Of a stretch of 50,532 nt of DNA, positions 1 to 8,053 are shown piece by piece; the stretch's first letter is position 1; each line of letters begins with the position of its first letter. The notes under the pieces were generated by a model that saw only the letters and a program-made list of their open reading frames with translations, searched no databases and was not told the DNA's origin. The position numbers and the translations under genes are program-made. Source of the stretch: an uncultured Candidatus Micrarchaeota archaeon (GTDB lineage: Archaea; Micrarchaeota; Micrarchaeia; Burarchaeales; Fermentimicrarchaeaceae); NCBI GenBank assembly GCA_903921825.1, contig CAIXRF010000107.1, positions 1-50,532 on the forward strand, in the 5' to 3' direction.

Positions 1-626
1 ACTGCCCGAAAGGCTGCGCAAAATACATAGAGGCGCTCGCCTCGCTCGGCAGGTATTCATACAGCATCGTGATTGAGGAGGTGGAGGAGGGAGTCGCCTA
101 CCGCGGGGACGGATTCGCGGTTTCCGCGTTCCCGGTGCGGCACACGGGTAGGAGCCTGGGCTACGTGTTCAAGCAGGAGGACAGGAGGAACTGCGACGAG
201 GCGAAGTGCAAGAAGCTCGGGATAAAGGGGAAGATGTTCGGCGAGCTGGAGAAGAAGGGGGAGATTGTGGTGGGCGGGAAGCGCATAACGTATGAGTCCG
301 TCTCCGCCCCGAAGCCAGGCGTGAAGATAGCCTATGCCGGCGACTGCGTCCCGGATGAGAAGACGGTTGAGGCGGCGAAGGGCGCCGACGTCCTGATACA
401 TGAGGCTACGTATGCGAACGACCACGAGAAGGAAGCCGCAGAAAAGCTCCACTCAACAGCGGCGCAGGCCGCGGGGATAGCAAAAAAGGCAGGGGTGAAG
501 CAGCTCGTGCTCACGCACGTCAGCGGAAGATATAAGGAGGCGGGCGCACTTGAAGAGGAGGCGCGCGCGATTTTCAAGAACGCGCGCGTGGCGGAAGACG
601 GGACTGAGATTCTAATTCCTGACTAG
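1..626 (+). CDS. rnz: Ribonuclease Z, C-terminal part (5' end outside the window)
   Basis: Frame is open from position 3. Motifs PVRHT..SLGY, an exosite-like segment, YAGDC, ADVLIHEATY, HSTAAQA and LVLTHVSGRY are typical of RNase Z. Confidence 0.92.
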   Translation, partial: CPKGCAKYIEALASLGRYSYSIVIEEVEEGVAYRGDGFAVSAFPVRHTGRSLGYVFKQEDRRNCDEAKCKKLGIKGKMFGELEKKGEIVVGGKRITYESVSAPKPGVKIAYAGDCVPDEKTVEAAKGADVLIHEATYANDHEKEAAEKLHSTAAQAAGIAKKAGVKQLVLTHVSGRYKEAGALEEEARAIFKNARVAEDGTEILIPD

Positions 627-2381
627 CGCAGTGAATAGGCCGCCGGAAAGCAGCGCAATCCCCAGCGGGCAGGTTGAAGGCTGCGGTGCGGGCGTTGGCG
701 ACGGGCTCGCGGTTGGCAACGGCGTCGCAGTCGGAACTGGGGTGGGCGTTTCCGTTGCAGTGGACGTGGGAGTTGGTGCTGGCGTTGGAGTCGCGGAGGG
801 AATGGAAGTCACAGAGGTTTCCGGCGTGGGAGTCACAGAGGCGCCTGGAGTTGGAGTCACCGCCCCGCAGTCGCTTATCGTGGCATATTTTACTGCAAGT
901 GGATAGCCTAACTTCTCAATGGAAATTTTGTAATAGCCGGAAACGGGCGGAGTGAATGAGGCTGAGCCGTTAAAATCAGTAGTCTCCTGCTCGACTTCGG
1001 ACCATTCGAAGCCTGCGGAGTAGAGGGAGACAGTGGTGGGAGTGTTCGCGATGGGGTTGCCGGATTCATCAGTCGCCCTGATTGCGAGCGGCTGGCCTAT
1101 GCATCCCTCGGCAGCGACTGCAAGCCTCAGTTGCCTCTCTTCACTCCTTCCGAATCCCTGGTCCAGGGCGTAGTAAACTTTTCCTCCCGCAGCGAACAGG
1201 GTATGGAGGCGGTTCATGCCGTCAATTGCGGCGCTGTAGTCAATCGGCGAAGCCGAGGTTGAGATGTTCTCGCCGCCGACCCATGCGCTTCCGTTCCAGC
1301 CGGCATGCATGAGGGCATGGCCTGAGGGAGTAGTTGCTTCCCACAGGATGTGTGGTCTCCCTTCGCCGTCCGCAGCAATGAACGGCGCCTCGGGCGAGTC
1401 CGCGGTCCACTGGACAGGCAGCGGGCTGGACCAGCCTGCGCCCCCATCCGAGGATTTCGAGTAGAAAAGCGAGAGCGTGCCGGTTGCATTGTCTGCCCAG
1501 ATTGCGTGAATATTATCGTGCTGATCCGCTGAAATCACGGGCGCATATGAGGCGGAACCCGGTGTGTTCGATATGTCCTTCTTCTCCTTTATTCCGCTGC
1601 ATGTGCAGCTGAACTGCGCATACCACACATCCCACTGCCCGGGAAGTGAGCCGCTTGTGTCGTTCGCGTCACGCCATGCGATGTGTGCGGTCCCGGAGGT
1701 GTCGAACGCAATATCCGGCGCCTCGGAATTCCCCACAGTGTTGGAAACGTCGTATTCGCGGCCTGAGGGGGTGTCCATGAACTGTATCTCCCCGCTCGAG
1801 CCGTTCGTCCAGACTATTCCGTAGCCGCCCTTCGGGTTCGCGGCAATTCTGGGCTGGCCGGCAGTGCCATAGTCGAGCACGCCGGGGTCCTTCCACGTGC
1901 CTCCGATGAACTTTGAAAGGCTTAAGTTCCCTCCGCTCACCCACACGAGGGCTGCGGTGCCGTTTGCGCCTGCGGCGAAGTCAAAGGGGCCGTCCGCAGC
2001 CTCGGTCCCAGGGATTTGCGCAGCAGGACTCCAGAAGAGGCCGCGGTCGGTTGAGATTGAATAATAGAAAGCAGTCTGCGCCTTCCAGACTATGGCGAGG
2101 TTGCCGCCCGCGTCCGAGGCGATGCGCACCTGCGGTGCGCTTTCGGAAGCGGCGATTTCTATAGGATGCATGTCGCCCCCGCTCGTTGTGTTCGCATACA
2201 TTACCGAGCAGTTTTCTGCGCCGCACTCTGCCCAGGCCGCGTGCGCAATATTGCCCACCACCGCAAGCCAGGGGCTGGATGCGTTGGCGCCGGGAGCGGA
2301 AACTTCCGCAGGTGCCCCGAAAGCGGAAGCAATCCCGGCTAGGCAGAGGAAAAAGACTGCGTGGTTTAGCACGGGCTGCAA
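612..2381 (-). CDS. Secreted BNR/sialidase-like beta-propeller protein with Ig-like domain, Pro/Thr linker and Cys-containing C-terminal anchor
   Basis: Likely TTG start at 2381 (or GTG 2372) just after the upstream stop. Signal peptide AVFFLCLAGIASA; Asp-box-like STDRGLFW and SSDGGAGW; repeated P.IA.D..G..HI.W blades; TPTP linker; tail CPLGIALLSGGLFTALVRN. Confidence 0.75.
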   Translation of the reverse strand: MQPVLNHAVFFLCLAGIASAFGAPAEVSAPGANASSPWLAVVGNIAHAAWAECGAENCSVMYANTTSGGDMHPIEIAASESAPQVRIASDAGGNLAIVWKAQTAFYYSISTDRGLFWSPAAQIPGTEAADGPFDFAAGANGTAALVWVSGGNLSLSKFIGGTWKDPGVLDYGTAGQPRIAANPKGGYGIVWTNGSSGEIQFMDTPSGREYDVSNTVGNSEAPDIAFDTSGTAHIAWRDANDTSGSLPGQWDVWYAQFSCTCSGIKEKKDISNTPGSASYAPVISADQHDNIHAIWADNATGTLSLFYSKSSDGGAGWSSPLPVQWTADSPEAPFIAADGEGRPHILWEATTPSGHALMHAGWNGSAWVGGENISTSASPIDYSAAIDGMNRLHTLFAAGGKVYYALDQGFGRSEERQLRLAVAAEGCIGQPLAIRATDESGNPIANTPTTVSLYSAGFEWSEVEQETTDFNGSASFTPPVSGYYKISIEKLGYPLAVKYATISDCGAVTPTPGASVTPTPETSVTSIPSATPTPAPTPTSTATETPTPVPTATPLPTASPSPTPAPQPSTCPLGIALLSGGLFTALVRN

Positions 2382-2383
2382 GA

Positions 2384-2821
2384 TTATGCCGCCCTCTCCC
2401 CTTTGGGAGCGCCCGCTGCCGGCGGCTTCACGCCGAAGTTCGGAATGCCGAGCATCACCGGAACGTTCAGGCCGAGCGGGACGGAGAAGAAAATGCTGTT
2501 TGCAGCGCACACGCTGTTCGCGGCGTTGAGCAGCAGCATGGAGAAATCCTCCGGGAGCTTCTGCTTCTTCGACTCCCTCCACTCCTTCTGCACTTCCTTC
2601 GCCTTCTTCGCGTCCTCGCGCAGGGTGAAGATGCCGGTCAGCTTCAGCCGCCCCACCTGCTCGTGGTAGTCGAGGGAGAAAGTGTACTGGACGGTCATCT
2701 CATCCTTGTTCACATCAATGTCATCGATGTGAAAGTGGGCCGTCACCCCCTGGACCTGCTCGTTGAGCTTGTCGCGCTTGACCTCGGCGGCGACTATCCT
2801 CCCGGATGTTATTACTGCCAT
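2384..2821 (-). CDS. Conserved archaeal hypothetical protein (possible SecB-like fold)
   Basis: 145 aa, operonic with neighbours, GGAGG-like RBS upstream. Beta-strand-rich N-half, helical C-half ending in a P.PV motif. Confidence 0.6.
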   Translation of the reverse strand: MAVITSGRIVAAEVKRDKLNEQVQGVTAHFHIDDIDVNKDEMTVQYTFSLDYHEQVGRLKLTGIFTLREDAKKAKEVQKEWRESKKQKLPEDFSMLLLNAANSVCAANSIFFSVPLGLNVPVMLGIPNFGVKPPAAGAPKGERAA

Positions 2822-2841
2822 AAAATCCCTCCTGCTAGCAT

Positions 2842-3510
2842 TCAGAGCTGTACCTGTTCGCCAAACTTCATGACAACTGCCTTTACCTTGCTCCCTTCCA
2901 GAGAGCGCGCAAACTCCCGCGTGTCCGCGGCTATCCTGTCAAAAGTCGCATAGTGGATGGGGACGACGTATTTGCACTTTATTTCCCTCGCGGCCTTCTC
3001 CGCGGAGATTATGTCCATCGTGTATGTGCCACCAACGGGCAGGAGCGCCCAGTCGCACTTTATGTCCATCATCCCGGAAAACTCGTAGGTGTCGCCTGCC
3101 GCGTAGACGCGTATGCCGTCCTTTTCGATTATGTAGCCAACGGGGTGTGCGGACTGCGGGTGGATTGCCTGCACCACCTCTAGCTCAACCCCTTTCGCCT
3201 GGAACTTGTCCCCGGCCTTCACTTCCATCTTCTGCCTCTCCGGGAGGCGGAGCTCGCGCAGCACAGCCTTCGGCGCCACGACCGTCGCCCACGTCCTCTC
3301 CGCTATCTCCACTACGGTCTCGGGCTCGAAGTGGTCGAAATGCTCGTGCGTTATCAGGATGAGGTCGCACTTCTTTATGTCATGGGCGTCCTTCCTCGCG
3401 CTCGGGTACTTCCTGCCGCCTTCGCCGGAGAAGTAGGGGTCTAGGTAGATTATCGTGTCCCCAAAGACCAGCTCGAAGCTCGAATGCCCGAAATAGCGCA
3501 GGGTTGCCAT
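2842..3510 (-). CDS. MBL-fold metal-dependent hydrolase (UPF0173-like)
   Basis: YFGHSSF, IYLDPYF, THEHFDH, AGDT, LLPVGGTYTMD and VVPIHY motifs. Confidence 0.9.
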   Translation of the reverse strand: MATLRYFGHSSFELVFGDTIIYLDPYFSGEGGRKYPSARKDAHDIKKCDLILITHEHFDHFEPETVVEIAERTWATVVAPKAVLRELRLPERQKMEVKAGDKFQAKGVELEVVQAIHPQSAHPVGYIIEKDGIRVYAAGDTYEFSGMMDIKCDWALLPVGGTYTMDIISAEKAAREIKCKYVVPIHYATFDRIAADTREFARSLEGSKVKAVVMKFGEQVQL

Positions 3511-3537
3511 TTTCCTCGTTGGATAATTCGCAACACT

Positions 3538-3547
3538 AATATAAATA
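3538..3547. promoter_or_regulatory. Shared AT-rich TATA element between divergent genes
   Basis: AATATAAATA reads as TATAAATA on + (about 20 bp before ATG 3567) and TTTATAT on - (about 30 bp before ATG 3510), consistent with near-leaderless archaeal transcripts. Confidence 0.5.
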
Positions 3548-3566
3548 CTCTTACTAAATCAGCACG

Positions 3567-4370
3567 ATGAAACTTGCCGCGGTCCTGGCCCTGTTGTTGC
3601 TTTCCGCAGCTGCGCTTGCTGCAAACGTGACCGGGTTCGAGGACGCTGGATTCGCCGTTACGGTGACAGTGAATAAGGATGGGAGCGCGCACGTCGAGGA
3701 GCAGGTGCAGATGATAGTCTCGCCTGCGATGGTGGACCTCTACAAGGAGAGCCTGCGCTCGACGAGGCTGACCATCGATGACTGGCGGCGCACCACGGGC
3801 TCGCTCAACCTGCGCTACCACGTCCTCGGCGGGAACGTGACGCCCCTGAACACCTACATCTTCCCCCGGCCGCTGCAGCGCTTCACGTACGTGGAAACGT
3901 CGCTTGCGACCATCACCGTGGAGTACGACACCTCCGGCCCCATTTTCACGACGCGCGAGCTTGGGCCCAGGCTCACCGCCTATTCGCTCATCCCCGACAC
4001 GCTTTCGTTCGAGAACGCGCCCGAGGGGCAGATACTCCCCGAGAACGCGGTCCTCACCATAATCATCCCGCCCAGCTCCACGGTGGACCTGTCGCGCACT
4101 TTCCCGCGCCCAACGTCTCCTGCGGGCTCGGCAGTGAGCACCGCTTCCGCTTACACATGGAATGCGACGGGCGGGGCGATTCCGCTCACGCCCCTTGAAT
4201 TCACCTTCAATACCGAGCAGTCTCTCGACAGCGAGGTAAGCACGTTCTTCAGCGGAGTGCAGATGAAGGCGACGGAACTCCTGCTCTCCAACTACGGCCT
4301 GCTCGCGGGCGTGATAGTCATAATACTCGCACTTCTCTTCTTCGTGCTGAAACAGTCGAAAACGATATGA
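3567..4370 (+). CDS. Secreted, C-terminally membrane-anchored hypothetical protein
   Basis: Signal peptide MKLAAVLALLLLSAAALA; C-terminal TM helix followed by KQSK. Confidence 0.8.
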   Translation: MKLAAVLALLLLSAAALAANVTGFEDAGFAVTVTVNKDGSAHVEEQVQMIVSPAMVDLYKESLRSTRLTIDDWRRTTGSLNLRYHVLGGNVTPLNTYIFPRPLQRFTYVETSLATITVEYDTSGPIFTTRELGPRLTAYSLIPDTLSFENAPEGQILPENAVLTIIIPPSSTVDLSRTFPRPTSPAGSAVSTASAYTWNATGGAIPLTPLEFTFNTEQSLDSEVSTFFSGVQMKATELLLSNYGLLAGVIVIILALLFFVLKQSKTI

Positions 4371-4383
4371 GGTGGGGATGGAA

Positions 4384-6495
4384 ATGGGAAAAGCACAGTC
4401 GGCCATGCGAGTTGAATCGCCTTCGGCGCTAGCTCGCAACTCGCCTCTGCGAGTTCCGATTGCCCCTGGCGGGCAACAGCCTCAAGTCGCCTGCGGCGAC
4501 AACTGCGCAACTCGCGTTGCGCATCGCGCCTGCCGCGGGCAGAGCGCGATGGAGTTTCTGATGACCTACGGCTGGGCAATTCTCGTCCTCATAGTCGTTG
4601 TCGCAGTCCTTTTCTACATCGGCGTGCTGAACCCGAAGAACACGCAGACTAACACGTTCTTTTTCACCCCTGGGTTCAGCGCCTACTCCTTCATCGTCGG
4701 CAATGGCACAGGAGCATTGGCACTCGACTTCGGCCAGGCTCTTGGGAGGTCCATCGTAGTCATTGGCATCTCCTGTTCACAGAATTCCTCCGCGGCAATG
4801 CGCGACCTCGACAACCCGATAGACATCTCTACTGGGGAGCACAGATGGGTTACGGGTGGCAACTCCAACAACACAGTCTTCTGCACTGGGGAGGACGGCC
4901 AGCCGCTCTCCTCAGAGAATGCACAGCTTGGAGAAAGATACAGAGGGAAGGTTTGCATGCACTACATGGAAACGGACACTTCCATGAACAGGACGGTGTG
5001 CGGAGACATAAGTGCGAGGTTTGAGGTTGCGCCTACGCCAGGCCCCACTGCGACGCCAGGGGGCTCGCCCACGCCCGGAGGCACCGAAACGCCTACCCCC
5101 ACGCCTACGCCCAGCCCGACTCCTCCACCTGTAGTGATAGTGGGCGGCAACCCGCCAACCCAGAGGCAGCATTATGAAACAGGGGCGCCTACGGACTACA
5201 CGTTCATCGACACCAACAATCCGTTCAACGGAACCGGAACGCTTGCAACCTGCCAGGCATATGCAGGAGCGTCGTGCAACATCAAGATGAAGGTCTTCAG
5301 GGACGGCGGAGACAACTGGGTATTCGTTGGCGAGTCGGGAACCCAGAGCCTCGCCCCTGGCCTGAACACGTTCTCGTGCAGCATGGCGGTTCAGGCAGGG
5401 GATTACATTGGTGTATGGGAGAGCGCGTCACAGTGCGTCTACTATGACCAGGGCGGGACGGCGCTCTACATGCGTCCTGGAGATGTCACCAGTACGACTG
5501 GAAAGGGCGAATGGGCCTCGCCGCCGGTGGGGATAACGTTCTCCATCTATGCGACCAGTGCGGGAGGGGCGCCTACGCCGACGCCAACTCCAATCCCCAC
5601 GCCGACGCCCACGCCGACCCCCGGGCCGGTAATACTCGCGAGCGGGCAGAACCACCCGCAGTTTGTAGCCGTTGACGGCACCAATGTCTATTGGGATGAA
5701 AACGTCGGCGGGAACGTGAAAAAGATCCATCTTGACGGCAGCGGCGAAATCGCGACGCTTGCGAGCGGGCTGAGCACCCCGAACGCCCTAGTGATAGACG
5801 GCAGCTATGTTTATTGGGCGGAGTCACAAGGCGGCACCGTGAAGAGGGTCCCCATCGGAGGGGGGACGCCTCCTGATACACTTGCAAGCGGGCAGAACGG
5901 GCCTGCCGGCATTGCAGTTGATGGCAGCTACATCTACTGGAGTGAGTTCAGCGGCGGCACTGTGAAAAAGGCTTCGAAAGTCGATGGGAGCGGCCAGACT
6001 ACTCTCGCGAGCGGGCTGAACGCGCCTACCGGTGTTACAGTTGATGGCAGCTACGTTTACTGGGGCGAATTCAGCGGCGGCACCGTGAAGAGGGCCTCGA
6101 AAGCTGATGGGAGCGGCCAAATCACTCTCGCGAGCGGGCTGAACGGAGTGAACATGGTCATAGTTGATAGCACTTATGTTTACTGGGACGAGGCGATGGG
6201 CACGGGTGTGGTAAAGAAGGCCTCGAAAGCTGATGGAAGCGGCCTTACTATCCTCGCTAGTGGGCTGAGCGGGCCTGCAGGCCTTGCGATTGACGGCAGC
6301 TATGCCTACTGGGCTGAGCAGAGCGGCAACATTATCAGGAAGGCCCCGCTTGATGGCGGCGGACCCACTACGACGCTGGCGAGCGGACGGGATGCTCCTG
6401 GAGGCGTTGCGATTGACGGCAGCTACGTCTACTGGGCCGAGTGGGGAAGCGGCCACACCCCGACTAGCGGCAACGTAGTGAAGGTTGCGAAGTAA
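4384..6495 (+). CDS. Class III signal peptide (pilin-like) adhesin with jelly-roll domain and YVYW beta-propeller
   Basis: RG/QSAMEFLMTYGWAILVLIVVVAVL prepilin motif; two Pro/Thr linkers; about 7 repeats of LASG...P..VAVDGSYVYW; GAGGTG RBS at 4369-4374. Confidence 0.85.
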   Translation: MGKAQSAMRVESPSALARNSPLRVPIAPGGQQPQVACGDNCATRVAHRACRGQSAMEFLMTYGWAILVLIVVVAVLFYIGVLNPKNTQTNTFFFTPGFSAYSFIVGNGTGALALDFGQALGRSIVVIGISCSQNSSAAMRDLDNPIDISTGEHRWVTGGNSNNTVFCTGEDGQPLSSENAQLGERYRGKVCMHYMETDTSMNRTVCGDISARFEVAPTPGPTATPGGSPTPGGTETPTPTPTPSPTPPPVVIVGGNPPTQRQHYETGAPTDYTFIDTNNPFNGTGTLATCQAYAGASCNIKMKVFRDGGDNWVFVGESGTQSLAPGLNTFSCSMAVQAGDYIGVWESASQCVYYDQGGTALYMRPGDVTSTTGKGEWASPPVGITFSIYATSAGGAPTPTPTPIPTPTPTPTPGPVILASGQNHPQFVAVDGTNVYWDENVGGNVKKIHLDGSGEIATLASGLSTPNALVIDGSYVYWAESQGGTVKRVPIGGGTPPDTLASGQNGPAGIAVDGSYIYWSEFSGGTVKKASKVDGSGQTTLASGLNAPTGVTVDGSYVYWGEFSGGTVKRASKADGSGQITLASGLNGVNMVIVDSTYVYWDEAMGTGVVKKASKADGSGLTILASGLSGPAGLAIDGSYAYWAEQSGNIIRKAPLDGGGPTTTLASGRDAPGGVAIDGSYVYWAEWGSGHTPTSGNVVKVAK
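5630..6490 (+). repeat. About seven coding repeats of roughly 120-126 bp (beta-propeller blades)
   Basis: Recurrent gcgagcgggctga..., gatggcagctac...tactgg and ttcagcggcggcac DNA units. Confidence 0.85.
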
Positions 6496-6564
6496 GGCGC
6501 CGGGCAGGCATCGCAGCCCGACTGTCGCAGGCTTTTTAACATAGCACCAGCAAATTCCCAGTTG

Positions 6565-8052
6565 ATGCTCCACCAGCACGAGAAGGCAGTCCTTAGGGCG
6601 ATTGACGAGGGCGCAACGACTCCCGGCGAGCTGTGCAAGGCCACGAAGCTCCCGCTGGACGCGGCGGGGCGCGCGCTCCTCCTCCTGAAGGAGAAGAAGG
6701 CCGTCGAGCTGCGCGAGGAGAGGCGGGTGGAATACCGCATCGAGAAGGAGGGAAAGAAGTTCTGCGATGGCGGCTTCCCCGAGAGGAGGCTGCTCGAGAG
6801 GCTACGCAGCGGGGATGCGGAGTTCTCCGCGCTTGACGCGGAGGAGAAGTCCGTGGGCGTGCCCTGGGCGAAGCGGCTCGGATGGGTGGAGATTGCGGAG
6901 AAGGATGGGAAGCGCGTCCTCAGGATGAGCGCGGCAGGGAAGGACGTCGCTGAAAAGGGGTACGAGCTGGAGAAGGCTTGCAGGAAGGTCGCGATGGAGG
7001 CGGCGCTGGAGGAGGCGGAGGCGCAGAAATTCGGGCAGGCTCTGATGGACAGGGGGCTCGTGTGCAAGCACGAGAAGACGGAGATAACGCACGTGAAGCT
7101 CACGAAAGTCGGAGAATCGCTGCTCGCGGACGAGGTGTTCGTGCAGCAGAAGCCCGAAGTCAACATCCTCACGAAGGAGATGATTTCAGCTGGCAAGTGG
7201 AAGGACGTAAGCCTGCGGCCCTACGACACGGACGCGGCAGTTGAGCGGGCATTCCCGGGGAAGACGCACCCGCTCAGGCGCGTGATGGGGAGGATAAGGC
7301 GCATATTCCTTGAGATGGGCTTTGAGGAGATGGAAGGCAGGATGATTGAGTCGTCCTTCTGGAATTTCGACGCGCTCTTCCAGCCGCAGGACCATCCTGC
7401 GCGGGATTTGGCGGACACGTTCTACCTCCTGCAGCCGGACAGGATTGAGATTCCTGACGAGGAGCTTGGGAAGAAGGTGGCGAAGGCGCACCAGAAGGGC
7501 TGGAAATATTCGTGGAGCAGGGAGGTAGCCCAGCAGCCCGTGCTCAGGACGCACACGACCGCGCTCTCCGCGAGGTATGTCGCGGAAACGGGGATGGAGA
7601 AGCGGAAGGCGCCTGCAAAATACTTCTCAATCGGCAGGGTGTACAGGAATGAAGCGACTGATTACAAGCATCTCGCCGAGTTCCACCAGGTGGAAGGGAT
7701 AGTGGTGGACGAGGACGCGACCTTCCGCGACCTGCTCGGAATTTTGAAGGAGTTCTACGGGAAGCTCGGGTTCGAGAAGATAAGGTTCAGGCCCTCGTTC
7801 TTCCCCTACACCGAGCCTTCGCTCGAGGTGGAGGTATTCTACGAGCCGAAGGGAGTTTGGATGGAGCTCGGCGGCGCCGGGATTTTCAGGCCCGAAGTCT
7901 GCCTGCCGCTCTGGGGGAAATATCCCGTTCTCGCTTGGGGGCTTTCGCTCGAGAGGCCGCTGATGCTGATGAGGGGGATTGAGGACATCCGCACCTTCTA
8001 TAAGAACGACCTCGCGTGGCTGCGGGAGCCAATGGATGGAAAGGGGCTTTGA
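6565..8052 (+). CDS. pheS: Phenylalanyl-tRNA synthetase alpha subunit (archaeal type)
   Basis: N-terminal wHTH domains; FWNFDALFQPQDHPARD, LRTHTT, YRNEATD..HLAEFHQ, FFPYTEPS and AWGLSLER motifs. Confidence 0.97.
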   Translation: MLHQHEKAVLRAIDEGATTPGELCKATKLPLDAAGRALLLLKEKKAVELREERRVEYRIEKEGKKFCDGGFPERRLLERLRSGDAEFSALDAEEKSVGVPWAKRLGWVEIAEKDGKRVLRMSAAGKDVAEKGYELEKACRKVAMEAALEEAEAQKFGQALMDRGLVCKHEKTEITHVKLTKVGESLLADEVFVQQKPEVNILTKEMISAGKWKDVSLRPYDTDAAVERAFPGKTHPLRRVMGRIRRIFLEMGFEEMEGRMIESSFWNFDALFQPQDHPARDLADTFYLLQPDRIEIPDEELGKKVAKAHQKGWKYSWSREVAQQPVLRTHTTALSARYVAETGMEKRKAPAKYFSIGRVYRNEATDYKHLAEFHQVEGIVVDEDATFRDLLGILKEFYGKLGFEKIRFRPSFFPYTEPSLEVEVFYEPKGVWMELGGAGIFRPEVCLPLWGKYPVLAWGLSLERPLMLMRGIEDIRTFYKNDLAWLREPMDGKGL

Positions 8053-8053
8053 A

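Noticed and set aside
2382-2582. N-terminal extension of the 612-2582 ORF
   Set aside because: It overlaps the 2384-2821 gene; the signal peptide begins at about 2381.
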